A stretch of 64,000 nucleotides of DNA from an uncultured Bacteroidales bacterium. GTDB taxonomy: Bacteria; Bacteroidota; Bacteroidia; Bacteroidales; Paludibacteraceae. The position numbers and the translations under genes are program-made. The notes beneath the pieces are model-generated. The model was not told where the DNA came from and searched no databases. It saw only the letters and a list, made by a program, of their open reading frames with translations. The DNA lies in assembly GCA_902784585.1 (NCBI GenBank), contig CACZVM010000011.1:5824-69823 (forward strand). Direction: 5' to 3'. Positions 42,251 to 51,544 of the stretch are shown here, in pieces (position 1 is the first letter of the stretch; each line of letters starts with the position of its first letter).

Positions 42251-43972
42251 ATGAACAAACAATTCCTACTCTTAGGGTTGACTCTGGCTCTCAGTATGTC
42301 TGCTTTTGCAGGCCAGGTGAAGAGAGAAGTCATCTCTTCGGATTATTCCCGTAATAGCGTCTCCAAAATTGCCATTGTGTATGATGACCAGTGGAATCGG
42401 GAGACCAGCCAAGGTTTTGACGCCATCGACTTCGGTGCCAAATTTGACATCAACCAGCTGCAGACTAAGACGATTCAATTGCGTGGCGCAGCACGTACGA
42501 CGGGCAACACCTCCGCACAGACCGACATCAACACCCGGACGCTGCTAACCAATTATATCAACCAGCATAATATCGGTAAGGAGATCTTCGACTACATCCT
42601 GATGGTGGATCAGAATGGCCGGTTCCACTACGACCGAATGGTAGCTCGCAGCCGTTGGAACGCCAACGATGAAGATGTCAAGTTGGACAATGCCTCGCAA
42701 GTAAAGACCATGGATGAGAACGGACCTGCTCTGCTGAAGAACAGCTACATCGTGGTGTTTGACGCCAAAGAGACACGCGTAGAGGAGAAGACCAACAGTT
42801 ACGGAGAAAGGGTCAACGAATACAAAGCCGTTGTCTCGGCATATGTCTTTAAGATTGACAATGCAGATGAGGTGATCAACAACATCTTGCACAACATGTG
42901 GATCTACGACACGGACGATGCCGCCACCGTGGCTGCCAAGCGCGAGGCATACAACAAGGTGCGTATCCCGATGCGATGCGTGACCGCACAAGCCACCTCT
43001 GCTTCATCAGAGAAATCAATGCACGAAGCCATCGCCGGCTCGTATGAGAACCTGCTGAGCAAGATGGAGAATAACATCGCCGCATGGGAAGTGAAGATCA
43101 CTCCTGAGCAAGTTCGTCCGTACATCACTGCCAAGATCGGTAAGAAAGAAGGACTGAAGAACGGTCAGCGATTCAAGATTCTGAAGAACAAGGGCGACGA
43201 AGACAAGGGCGATCTGCGTACCGTAAAAGTAGGTTACGCGCGTGTGACGACCGTGGCTGACAACAACTCAGTGGCTACCGGCAACACCGCTACTTCGTCC
43301 CTCTACCAGATCTCCGGTAAATACCTGAAGGGCACAGAGTTCCTCAAACAGAGCAACGACATCAAACTGGGTCTGAGTATCGACTACAACTACAACGGTC
43401 TGGGTTGGGACAACCAGAATGTGTTTGGTGCATTCTCGATGGTAGACCTCACGCTGGACTACCTGATGCACATCCAACGCAACGGTATCTCCCACTATGC
43501 TCGCGTCAACTTCGGTTACGATATAGCCACCAGCAAGATGCTGCGCAACGGCTACAAGAATCGGAATGACGTAAGCGAAGCCCAAGCAGAATATGCTATC
43601 AAAAACGATGAATGGTTGAAAGATGGCGTTTCGTTCTTCAACATTTCGATCGGTTATATGGTTGGATTGAAAGCAAAACAGGTATTCGAATTGCAGCCGA
43701 TGTTCAATGTAGGTGTCGATCTGCCTATTTGCCATGCCAAGGACGCCATGAGTTCTGACGAAAAGAAATCTAACTTCGGTGTATTCATCGATCCGGCCGT
43801 ACGTCTGGTATTCAACTGCGGCTACCCGTTCCAGATCTTCTTCCAAACCGACTATTGCGTCACTGTATACCAAGGTGGCACCTACAAACGACTGAATGAT
43901 AAACTAGGTGAATGCGGCCGCAAACGCAATTACGGTCTAGGTGTAGCAGCCGGTGTTAAATGGACATTCTAA
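42251..43972 (+). CDS. Operon gene 8: exported protein with C-terminal outer-membrane beta-barrel
   Basis: It has the signal MNKQFLLLGLTLALSMSAFA and a ~330-aa soluble region. The last ~220 aa have alternating-strand character and end in ...YGLGVAAGVKWTF. Confidence 0.55.
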   Translation: MNKQFLLLGLTLALSMSAFAGQVKREVISSDYSRNSVSKIAIVYDDQWNRETSQGFDAIDFGAKFDINQLQTKTIQLRGAARTTGNTSAQTDINTRTLLTNYINQHNIGKEIFDYILMVDQNGRFHYDRMVARSRWNANDEDVKLDNASQVKTMDENGPALLKNSYIVVFDAKETRVEEKTNSYGERVNEYKAVVSAYVFKIDNADEVINNILHNMWIYDTDDAATVAAKREAYNKVRIPMRCVTAQATSASSEKSMHEAIAGSYENLLSKMENNIAAWEVKITPEQVRPYITAKIGKKEGLKNGQRFKILKNKGDEDKGDLRTVKVGYARVTTVADNNSVATGNTATSSLYQISGKYLKGTEFLKQSNDIKLGLSIDYNYNGLGWDNQNVFGAFSMVDLTLDYLMHIQRNGISHYARVNFGYDIATSKMLRNGYKNRNDVSEAQAEYAIKNDEWLKDGVSFFNISIGYMVGLKAKQVFELQPMFNVGVDLPICHAKDAMSSDEKKSNFGVFIDPAVRLVFNCGYPFQIFFQTDYCVTVYQGGTYKRLNDKLGECGRKRNYGLGVAAGVKWTF

Positions 43973-43986
43973 TACGATAAGAGTAT

Positions 43987-45402
43987 ATGAAAAAGTATTT
44001 TATTTTCGCGTTGGCGATGCTGATAGCCATGCCGATGATGGCCGGCAAACCGCGTCATGCCGCTGTCTTTGACGACCCGCAGTCGTACTCGTGCATGTTT
44101 ATCAATGTAGCCACCGCCGGAACGAAGAACATCAAAGTGTCGGGTATCGCGAAGAACAAAGATGCCGCTATCGAGCGTGCAGGAATGAATGCCGTCCATA
44201 CGGCTATCTTCAACGGTATTCCCGGTGGCAACAACGGTCAACCTACCCCATCCCTGTATGGCAGTCCCGCTCCCGCACCCGAACATCAGCAATATTTTGA
44301 CAACTTCTTCAACCAAGGTCAGTATAAGATGTTTCTGACGCAAGTGTCTGCGCCCTCGGGCAAAGACATGAGTGAGGTGAAAGGTGGTGTCCAGGTGAAA
44401 GTGGAGATCCAAGTTCGTTTCGACGAATTGAGGAAGAAGCTGATCAATGACGGCATCATCAAAGGACTGACCGATGCTATAGGCAGTGCGCAGAAACCCG
44501 TGATCATGATTTTTCCGGACGAGGACTGGTGTAAGTCGCATCGTTATACGATGGCGGATGATGCCAATACGGTGGATTACAACAAAGCCTTGTCGGATGT
44601 GAACATGAAAGATCTGATCAATGAGTTCACCAATTTCATGGTAAACGTATGCGGGTATGAATGCGAAGACCTGGCTGCTACCCTCAAGGATTTCCGTAAT
44701 GAGAAAGCCTGGGGCATGGCCGATGCCGTAGATGACGGCGAAGACAAGGCCGGTGGTGCACGCGAATTGCTGGCATCGGCCGCTAACGCAGATTTCTGCA
44801 TCGAGTTCTACCCCGAGTTGCGTCAAGACGCCGGCAAACAGTATGTCATCTTCCGCATCAAAGCGGTGGATGCCAGCACCAACAAGGCGTTCTACACGAT
44901 GTCCGCTCAGGGTACCAGCACCTACGGTTCCGGCCAGATGGTGAACCAACTCAAAGAGGCGGTACTCAACATCAAGGACGAGTTCATCGGTGCGCTGCAG
45001 AAGAAGTTTGGCAACATGGCCAAGAATGGCCGTGAGATTCGCCTGCTCATCCAACGCAAAGAGACTTGTCCCGTCAATTTTGCCAAGAAATACGACGGTG
45101 ATCCGCTGTCAAGTTGGATTGAGGACTGGCTGAATGCCAAAGTGCAAACCCCGGGCTTTACCTCCGGCAAGAACACAGCGAACAGGCTGGAATACAAACA
45201 GGTGATGATACCTCTGATGAAAGAGAAGAAAAACCGCGTCACCAAACGGACGGAGTTGCGCGCACAGAGTGCCAAGGACTTTGCCAACGAACTGGCTGAC
45301 TTCATCACTGAGACCACCAACCTGCCCTGCCGTGTGGACAGCCGCAGTATGGGTAAAGCCGTTATCACGTTGGGTCAAGACGACTCAGAAATGGACGAAT
45401 AA
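43987..45402 (+). CDS. Operon gene 9: exported hypothetical protein
   Basis: The signal is MKKYFIFALAMLIAMPMMA. The N-terminal motif is VSGIAKNKDAAIERAGMNAVHTAIF, and I recognise no catalytic motif. Confidence 0.5.
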   Translation: MKKYFIFALAMLIAMPMMAGKPRHAAVFDDPQSYSCMFINVATAGTKNIKVSGIAKNKDAAIERAGMNAVHTAIFNGIPGGNNGQPTPSLYGSPAPAPEHQQYFDNFFNQGQYKMFLTQVSAPSGKDMSEVKGGVQVKVEIQVRFDELRKKLINDGIIKGLTDAIGSAQKPVIMIFPDEDWCKSHRYTMADDANTVDYNKALSDVNMKDLINEFTNFMVNVCGYECEDLAATLKDFRNEKAWGMADAVDDGEDKAGGARELLASAANADFCIEFYPELRQDAGKQYVIFRIKAVDASTNKAFYTMSAQGTSTYGSGQMVNQLKEAVLNIKDEFIGALQKKFGNMAKNGREIRLLIQRKETCPVNFAKKYDGDPLSSWIEDWLNAKVQTPGFTSGKNTANRLEYKQVMIPLMKEKKNRVTKRTELRAQSAKDFANELADFITETTNLPCRVDSRSMGKAVITLGQDDSEMDE

Positions 45403-45424
45403 ACACCAATAATCTATAGCGATT

Positions 45425-46201
45425 ATGAAAAAATTATTCTATCTAATAGCCCTTGCCGGAACACTCATCTGTTCTGCACAAGCTCAGGAACCGGCAACAA
45501 CGGATGAAGCCGCATCCATTCCTTTGTCCGCCTACATGGATCCCTCTTTATCGATTCCTCAGAGTGCCCAAAAGGTGATGATTGACAAGATGCAGAAGAT
45601 CCTGTCGAAAAACGGCCTCGTCGCCACTGAAAACGAGCGTTTTATCGTCACGGCTAACATCAATGAGCTGAATGTAGAAAAGAGCGAAACGGCTCCGGTC
45701 GTTTATATCGTTACCCTGGAGGTGAATTTCTATCTGGGCGACGGACTCGACGCTATCCTCTACTCCAGTTGTTCGACAGAAGTGAGCGGTGCCGGCGAAT
45801 CGAAGCAGAAAGCCTACATGGCTGCAGTGAAAAAGATCAAGGTGAACGATCCTATGTTCAAGGCTTTTCTGGACAAAGGCAAGGCGCGCATCTTGGTGGA
45901 GCTCAGAAGAGCGCAAGCGGCCGAAGCTCAACGGATAGCAGAAGAGGAGGCGGCCCGCGCAGCAGAGCAAGCTGAACGCGAAGCACGTGAAGCACTGGAA
46001 CGCGAAAGACAAGAGGAGCGCGAAGCGGCTGCTGAAGCAGCTCGCGAAGAAGCGGCCCGTCAGGCACCCGAAGCTGCAACCAATTCCGTAAAGACTGTTC
46101 AGGAAAAGCAGAGCGGAAAGCCGGCAAAAACCGCTGCCAAAGCCGAGGCTAAACCGGAAGAGAAACCCAACTATCAAGTGAAGGGAAAATGGTTTAAGTA
46201 A
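45425..46201 (+). CDS. Operon gene 10: exported protein with highly charged Ala/Glu/Arg coiled-coil tail
   Basis: It has the signal MKKLFYLIALAGTLICSAQA and the motif VSGAGESKQKAYMAAVKKI. The C-terminal half is RAQAAEAQRIAEEEAARAAEQAEREAREALERERQEEREAAAEAAREEAARQ. Confidence 0.5.
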   Translation: MKKLFYLIALAGTLICSAQAQEPATTDEAASIPLSAYMDPSLSIPQSAQKVMIDKMQKILSKNGLVATENERFIVTANINELNVEKSETAPVVYIVTLEVNFYLGDGLDAILYSSCSTEVSGAGESKQKAYMAAVKKIKVNDPMFKAFLDKGKARILVELRRAQAAEAQRIAEEEAARAAEQAEREAREALERERQEEREAAAEAAREEAARQAPEAATNSVKTVQEKQSGKPAKTAAKAEAKPEEKPNYQVKGKWFK

Positions 46202-46217
46202 GCTGAAGCCTCCTATA

Positions 46218-46254
46218 CAAAAACGAGCTCGTCTCCCGACGAACTCGTTTTTTT
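46218..46254. terminator. Bidirectional terminator between the ten-gene operon and pepP
   Basis: The 12-bp stem AACGAGCTCGTC/GACGAACTCGTT has loop TCCC, A5 upstream and T7 downstream. Confidence 0.65.
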
Positions 46255-46349
46255 CATATAACAAACAATCTCCTATTTATCCACTAAGAACTAGTGTTAC
46301 TTACAATAAAGCAAACACCGTGCCAAACCGGACACAGGAGATCATTTTT

Positions 46350-48125
46350 TTATTTTATCGGTGCACATTTGCGTGCCAGATAGGCTGCATCATCCGCCGA
46401 TAGCAACGGTGCTGTCTCCTGATAAACACGCTGATGGTAGGCATTAATCCATGCTATCTCCTCGTCAGTCATAAGGCTGCGATCAATCAGCTGTGTATCG
46501 TAGAAACAGAGCGTAAGGGTTTCGAATTGCAACCACTTGTCCTCGGTCGTTGTCGCCTCTGTCGGCTCCGCAGGGATGACTGTAATCAAGTTCTCCGTAC
46601 GAATACCCCATTGGCCGGTACGGTAGATACCCGGTTCGTCGGAGATAATGTGTCCTACCTCCAGCGGCGTAGGATTGTTATCGGTACGCACGTTCTGCGG
46701 CCCCTCATGGCAACCGAGGAAATGACCTACGCCGTGGCCTGTACCGTGACCGAAGGTGATGCCTGCCGCCCACATATACTGCTTGGCCAGTGCATCCAGT
46801 TGATTACCGCGCGTACCCATGGGGAAACGGACAGTAGCCAAAGCGATATGACCCTTGAGCACATAGGTGTAATCACGTTTTGCCTGCGCAGGGACGTCTC
46901 CGCCCAACCAGACGGTACGGGTGATGTCGGTAGTGCCGTTCAAGTATTGGCCTCCGCTATCAAGCAGCAACATACCCTTCGGGTGCACCACTGCGCACTG
47001 CTCTTTGGTGGCAGCGTAATGGACGATGGCTCCGTTGCCCAGATAGCCGGCTATCGTGCCGAACGACTCCTCCACGAAGTTCTCGCCCTGCTGACGGAAC
47101 GCATGCAATTTCTCCATCAGATCCCACTCTGTAAGCGTCTTGCCGTCGGCAAAAGCCTCCTCTTCCAGCCAGCGGAAGAAACGTGTCAGCGCAACGCTGT
47201 CCCGACGCATGGCAATGCGCTCGCCCTCCAGTTCGACAGCGTTCTTTTTCGCTTTGTCAATCAGGATAGGCGACTTGGTGTTCATGCGTTGGCATTCAGC
47301 AGGAATAGCCTCGTAGAGTGCCTCGTTGACCTTCGCGCCATCGAAAAGGATCGTGCCTTTCAGCCCACGGATATAGTCGAACACAGCCTCATACGGCTGT
47401 ACGCTGATGTCGTTGAAATCCAAGTAGTTCTGTGCCACAGTGTCCACCTTGGCGGCATCTACGAACAGGGTGCAATGCGCCTGTTCGAGCACTACATAAC
47501 TGATCACAACGGGGTTGTATTCCACATCATTGCCACGAATATTGAGCAACCAGGCCACTTCGTCGAGTGCGCTGATGATCATCGCATCGGCTTTCTTAGC
47601 CGCCAGGGCCTCACGCATACGCTGCAACTTACTCTCCACTGTCTCGCCGGCAAAGTCCGCACTATAGGGATAGAGCTTGTCTTGCGGGATAGCGGGACGT
47701 CCTTCAGTCCAGATAGGACGAATCAGGTCTATCGACTTCATCGTCAGCTGCTTCTGCCAGTCGGCAAAATCATTGACGCTGAACATCTCCGTATTGACGC
47801 CAACCGCACCCTCTACATGTTCAGCCAACCAGTCGATCAACTTAGGACAATCGATGTCGCTCTCGCGCATCAGTTGGATGGTCGTGCCCTGCAACTCGAT
47901 GCCAGCCTGCAGATAATAGCGGCTGTCGGTCCAGAGAAGCGCCTCATCAAGCGTCACCACCATCGTACCGCTCTCGCCGTTGAAGCCCGAAAGCCACTGC
48001 ATCTCATACCAATGGGAAGCCATATATTCACTTGCGTGCGGATCGGTTCCCGGCACTACATAGGCCGCCAAACCGGCTGCACGCATCTCTTGCCGCAACG
48101 CGGCTATTCGTTCGTTTACAGTCAT
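46350..48125 (-). CDS. pepP: Xaa-Pro aminopeptidase (M24B, three-domain type)
   Basis: It has creatinase-like N-terminal domains and M24 metal ligands in the C-terminal domain (LLDSGGQY...DITRT, HGTGHGVG, SDEPG, ENL). Confidence 0.8.
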   Translation of the reverse strand: MTVNERIAALRQEMRAAGLAAYVVPGTDPHASEYMASHWYEMQWLSGFNGESGTMVVTLDEALLWTDSRYYLQAGIELQGTTIQLMRESDIDCPKLIDWLAEHVEGAVGVNTEMFSVNDFADWQKQLTMKSIDLIRPIWTEGRPAIPQDKLYPYSADFAGETVESKLQRMREALAAKKADAMIISALDEVAWLLNIRGNDVEYNPVVISYVVLEQAHCTLFVDAAKVDTVAQNYLDFNDISVQPYEAVFDYIRGLKGTILFDGAKVNEALYEAIPAECQRMNTKSPILIDKAKKNAVELEGERIAMRRDSVALTRFFRWLEEEAFADGKTLTEWDLMEKLHAFRQQGENFVEESFGTIAGYLGNGAIVHYAATKEQCAVVHPKGMLLLDSGGQYLNGTTDITRTVWLGGDVPAQAKRDYTYVLKGHIALATVRFPMGTRGNQLDALAKQYMWAAGITFGHGTGHGVGHFLGCHEGPQNVRTDNNPTPLEVGHIISDEPGIYRTGQWGIRTENLITVIPAEPTEATTTEDKWLQFETLTLCFYDTQLIDRSLMTDEEIAWINAYHQRVYQETAPLLSADDAAYLARKCAPIK

Positions 48126-48144
48126 AGTTTGAAGAATTTTGCTG

Positions 48145-48175
48145 CAAAAATACTAAAAATCTTGCACATATGCAA
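48145..48175 (-). promoter_or_regulatory. Promoter for pepP
   Basis: On the minus strand TTG is at 48173-48175 and TATTTTTG at 48145-48152. Confidence 0.5.
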
Positions 48176-48192
48176 AAAAAGTTGTAATTTTG
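48162..48192 (+). promoter_or_regulatory. Promoter for the pdxJ-exbBD-tonB operon
   Basis: TTG is at 48162-48164 and TAATTTTG at 48185-48192. It interleaves with the divergent pepP promoter. Confidence 0.5.
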
Positions 48193-48215
48193 CAGCATAA
48201 AAATAGATAAAGACG

Positions 48216-48932
48216 ATGACGAAACTAAGTGTCAACATCAACAAGGTCGCTACGCTACGCAATGCGCGTGGAGGTAATATGCCTGACGTTCAACGTTTTG
48301 CGGTTGATTGCGAGTTGTTTGGAGCCCAAGGAATTACGGTTCATCCGCGTCCGGACGAGCGCCATATACGCAAGGAAGATGTGTATCAACTCAAGTCGAT
48401 GGTTACTACGGAACTGAACGTAGAGGGCAACCCGACGGACGAGTTTCTGGCGTTGGTGACGGACATCTGTCCGACGCAGGTGACCTTGGTGCCAGATGAC
48501 CCGAACCAACTGACCTCCAACCATGGTTGGGACACCCGCCGACACCTGGATTTTCTGAAGGGAGTGGTCAACCAGTTGCATGCCTCCCGCATCCGCGTCA
48601 GCATCTTTGTGGATCCCGACCCGGTAATGGTGGAGTATGCCTTGCGCACCGGTGCCGATCGCGTGGAGCTGTACACCGGTCCATACGCTGAGATGTATGC
48701 CGAGAACCCGAAGAAAGCCATCGACATGTATCGTCCCTCGGCGATGAAGGCGCATGAGTTGGGTCTGGGCATGAATGCCGGCCACGACCTGAACCTCAAG
48801 AACCTCAAGGCGTTCATCAAGGCTTTCCCATGGACAGCAGAGGTCAGCATCGGTCATGCTATCGTCTGCGATGCCCTCTATCTGGGTATACAAGAGACCA
48901 TTCAGGAATACCTGGACTGCTTGAAGAAATAG
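48216..48932 (+). CDS. pdxJ: Pyridoxine 5'-phosphate synthase
   Basis: MTKLSVNINKVATLRNARGG...ITVHPRPDERHI, 238 aa. Confidence 0.9.
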   Translation: MTKLSVNINKVATLRNARGGNMPDVQRFAVDCELFGAQGITVHPRPDERHIRKEDVYQLKSMVTTELNVEGNPTDEFLALVTDICPTQVTLVPDDPNQLTSNHGWDTRRHLDFLKGVVNQLHASRIRVSIFVDPDPVMVEYALRTGADRVELYTGPYAEMYAENPKKAIDMYRPSAMKAHELGLGMNAGHDLNLKNLKAFIKAFPWTAEVSIGHAIVCDALYLGIQETIQEYLDCLKK

Positions 48933-48936
48933 AATA

Positions 48937-48969
48937 GAAATCGTAAAATCGTAAATCGAAAATCTCTGA
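48937..48969. repeat. AAATCG-family micro-array between pdxJ and exbB
   Basis: GAAATCGTAAAATCGTAAATCGAAAATCTCTGA. Confidence 0.6.
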
Positions 48970-48970
48970 T

Positions 48971-49672
48971 ATGTTATTACAAATTGACACTGTAGCGCTT
49001 GCCGACGAACTGCTGCAAGCGGAAGAGCCCCTGCAAGAGGCTGCACAACAATCGATTAACCTATGGACCATGGCTCAGTATGGCGGTTGGATTATGATCA
49101 TCCTTGCGTTGCTGCTGGCTGTGGCATGTTATATCTTCATTGCCCGTCTAGTGGTCATCAAGCAGGCCACACGCGAGGACAAGTCGTTCATGGATCGCAT
49201 CCGCGACTGCATACACGAGGGTAAGATCGACTCCGCACTCAGTCTGTGCAAGCAGACGGACACCCCGTCGGCACACATGATTGAGAAAGGTATCAGTCGT
49301 ATAGGCCGCCCGATGCAAGACGTGCAGGTAGCGGTGGAGAATGTGGGCAACCTGGAGGTAGGTAAACTGGAGAAGGGACTGGTCATCATGGCCACCATCG
49401 CCGGTGGTGCACCGATGCTCGGTTTCCTCGGTACGGTACTCGGTATGGTACAGACGTTCTATAACATGGCGCAGACCTCCGGCGGACTGATTGAGATGAG
49501 TGCTCTCTCTACGGGAATGTACCAGGCCATGGTGACTACTATCGGTGGTCTGATCGTAGGTATTCTGGCGATGTTCGCCTACAACTACCTCGTAGCCCGC
49601 ATCGATCGCGTGGTACGACTGCTGGAAAGCCGCACACTGGAGTTTATGGACCTGCTGAACGAACCCGCTTAG
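48971..49672 (+). CDS. exbB: MotA/TolQ/ExbB proton-channel protein
   Basis: Three TM helices with the conserved C-terminal region (APMLGFLGTVLGMV...GGLIVGI). Confidence 0.8.
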   Translation: MLLQIDTVALADELLQAEEPLQEAAQQSINLWTMAQYGGWIMIILALLLAVACYIFIARLVVIKQATREDKSFMDRIRDCIHEGKIDSALSLCKQTDTPSAHMIEKGISRIGRPMQDVQVAVENVGNLEVGKLEKGLVIMATIAGGAPMLGFLGTVLGMVQTFYNMAQTSGGLIEMSALSTGMYQAMVTTIGGLIVGILAMFAYNYLVARIDRVVRLLESRTLEFMDLLNEPA

Positions 49673-49737
49673 TCGCAGTCACTGGCCTCGTACGAAAATT
49701 TTCGGGGCTCGAATAAAAACAAAAACCAAAAAGAAGA

Positions 49738-50148
49738 ATGGCTTTAAAAAGACGCAATAAGGTGGACGCGACTTTTGCGATGAGCTCGATGACGGACTTG
49801 GTATTCCTGCTCCTATTGTTCTTCGTCATGGCATCGACGATGTCGTTCCCCAACGATATTAAGATCAACCTCCCCACCTCGCGTGCACAGAAAGTCTCGC
49901 GTCCGCAGGTGGCCAAGGTCAGCATCGACAACCTGGGCAACTATTTTGTTGCCATCGGTAAGGCGAAGCCGGTGCAGGTTAATCCGGATGATCTAGAGGC
50001 ATACCTGAGTGAAATACAAGCATCGGACAGCACGATGTATATTGCTTTGCATGCCGACGAAGACGTGGCCTACAAAGAGGTGGTACGCGTACTCGACATC
50101 GCGAATGAGCATAAGATAAAGTTGGTAGTAGCGACAAAACGTGACTAA
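49738..50148 (+). CDS. exbD: ExbD/TolR biopolymer transport protein
   Basis: The single TM is SSMTDLVFLLLLFFV, followed by a periplasmic domain. Length is 136 aa. Confidence 0.8.
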   Translation: MALKRRNKVDATFAMSSMTDLVFLLLLFFVMASTMSFPNDIKINLPTSRAQKVSRPQVAKVSIDNLGNYFVAIGKAKPVQVNPDDLEAYLSEIQASDSTMYIALHADEDVAYKEVVRVLDIANEHKIKLVVATKRD

Positions 50149-50905
50149 GAAACAAGAACGACATATTATCGCATCCGTGGGTACGGTGCTCTTTTTGCTA
50201 GTGGTTTTCCTGCTACTATGGTTCATCTACTTGACCGCCGTAGCACCGGAACAGGAAGAAGGCGTAGAGGTGGAGTTTGCCGAGATAGAAGAACCGGAAG
50301 AGCCGGCGGCGAATGCTGCCGCTTTTGCAGAGCAGACTACCGATGCGGCTCCTGCGGCTCCCGCCTCTCCGGCAGAAGAGGTAGCCACTAGTCCTGCCCC
50401 CGGTTCAGCCGCCGAACACATCCTGTCGGAAGAGGAGACGCTGGCACTGGAACGTGCACGCAAAGAGAAAGAGGAGAAGGCGGCAGCCGAACGTGCCCGC
50501 AAGCAGAAAGAGGCGGAGGCCATCGCCAAGGCAAACGCGATGGGTTCGCTCTTCGGTAAGACCAACGGCACCAACACCGGTGGCGATGGAGACCGGCAAG
50601 GCCCAGGACAGAAAGGCAATCCTGTGGGGCACGGCTCCAACGGAGGCAACAGCTGGTCTCTGAACGGACGAGGCATACGCGGTACGCTGCCACTACCGGC
50701 CAACAACTTCAACCAGGCAGGCAAAGTGGTGGTGCAGATACGCGTCAATGCAGCCGGACAAGTGGTGTCAGCCAGCGTCATCGGCGGTGACGTCTCTGAC
50801 AAACAGACCCAACAACTCGCACTTGAGGCGGCCCGCAAGGCATCGTTCACCGAGGGCGATCATGATCAGATCGGAACAATTACCTATATATTCAAGTTAA
50901 ACTAA
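50141..50905 (+). CDS. tonB: TonB-like energy transducer
   Basis: It has an N-terminal anchor, a Pro/Ala/Glu-rich spacer and a C-terminal TonB fold (GKVVVQIRVNAAGQVVSASV...). The GTG start overlaps the exbD stop. Confidence 0.7.
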   Translation: MTKKQERHIIASVGTVLFLLVVFLLLWFIYLTAVAPEQEEGVEVEFAEIEEPEEPAANAAAFAEQTTDAAPAAPASPAEEVATSPAPGSAAEHILSEEETLALERARKEKEEKAAAERARKQKEAEAIAKANAMGSLFGKTNGTNTGGDGDRQGPGQKGNPVGHGSNGGNSWSLNGRGIRGTLPLPANNFNQAGKVVVQIRVNAAGQVVSASVIGGDVSDKQTQQLALEAARKASFTEGDHDQIGTITYIFKLN

Positions 50906-50925
50906 CACTAATCGCTTCACGATTT

Positions 50926-51453
50926 ATGAATTATCTTTTTCTTGACAACGGTTTCGAGGAAATCGAGGCTATTACCACCATCGATTTGTTACGTCGCGCG
51001 AAGATTGCGCTAACCACCGTCTCTATCACCGGCAACCCGATGGTGCTGGGCGCACACAATATAGCCGTGGAGGCCGACGGACTGATTGGTAACATTGATT
51101 TCTCCGATGCAGAGATGCTTATTCTGCCCGGTGGACAAACCAAACTAGACGACTGTTCCGCATTGTGCGAACTGCTCGTAGAGCACAACAAGGCCGACAA
51201 ACCCATCGCCGCCATCTGTGCGGCACCGATGGTGCTCGGCAAACTCGGCATACTGAAGGGCAAACAGGCCACCTGCTATCCCGGTTGCCAGGAACCGCTG
51301 GGAGAGAGTTACGTAGGCGGACTGGTGGTGGAGTCCAAAAACATCATCACAGCCAAGGGTCCCGGACTGAGTTCCGATTTCGCCTTCTGCATCATCGAGC
51401 ATCTGGCCGGTGCTGATGCCGCCGATGCCGTGTATGACGCCGCACAATACTAA
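50926..51453 (+). CDS. DJ-1/PfpI-family protein
   Basis: The nucleophile elbow is AAICAAP. Length is 175 aa. Confidence 0.8.
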   Translation: MNYLFLDNGFEEIEAITTIDLLRRAKIALTTVSITGNPMVLGAHNIAVEADGLIGNIDFSDAEMLILPGGQTKLDDCSALCELLVEHNKADKPIAAICAAPMVLGKLGILKGKQATCYPGCQEPLGESYVGGLVVESKNIITAKGPGLSSDFAFCIIEHLAGADAADAVYDAAQY

Positions 51454-51494
51454 ATCTGAACTCTGATGGCTGAATACTGACTGCTGACAGCTAA
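51452..51494. repeat. (CTGANNN)x5 heptad array after the DJ-1 gene
   Basis: CTGAACT CTGATGG CTGAATA CTGACTG CTGACAG CTAATAA. Confidence 0.7.
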
Positions 51495-51499
51495 TAAAT

Positions 51500-51532
51500 A
51501 AAAAAACAGGCACTCAATGTGTCTGTTTTTTT
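51500..51532. terminator. Bidirectional terminator between the DJ-1 gene and queE
   Basis: The stem ACAGGCAC/GTGTCTGT is flanked by A7 and T7. Confidence 0.6.
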
Positions 51533-51544
51533 ATCCCTTTCACC

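Noticed and set aside
43969-45054. 361-aa minus-strand ORF antisense to operon gene 9 (and 45548..46264 antisense to gene 10)
   Set aside because: It has no signal or motif, and it breaks an otherwise co-directional, tightly spaced operon. The plus-strand products have signal peptides.
46434-48200. 588-aa plus-strand ORF antisense to pepP
   Set aside because: The minus strand encodes M24 metal-ligand motifs. The plus-strand ORF is an Arg/His/Leu-rich shadow.
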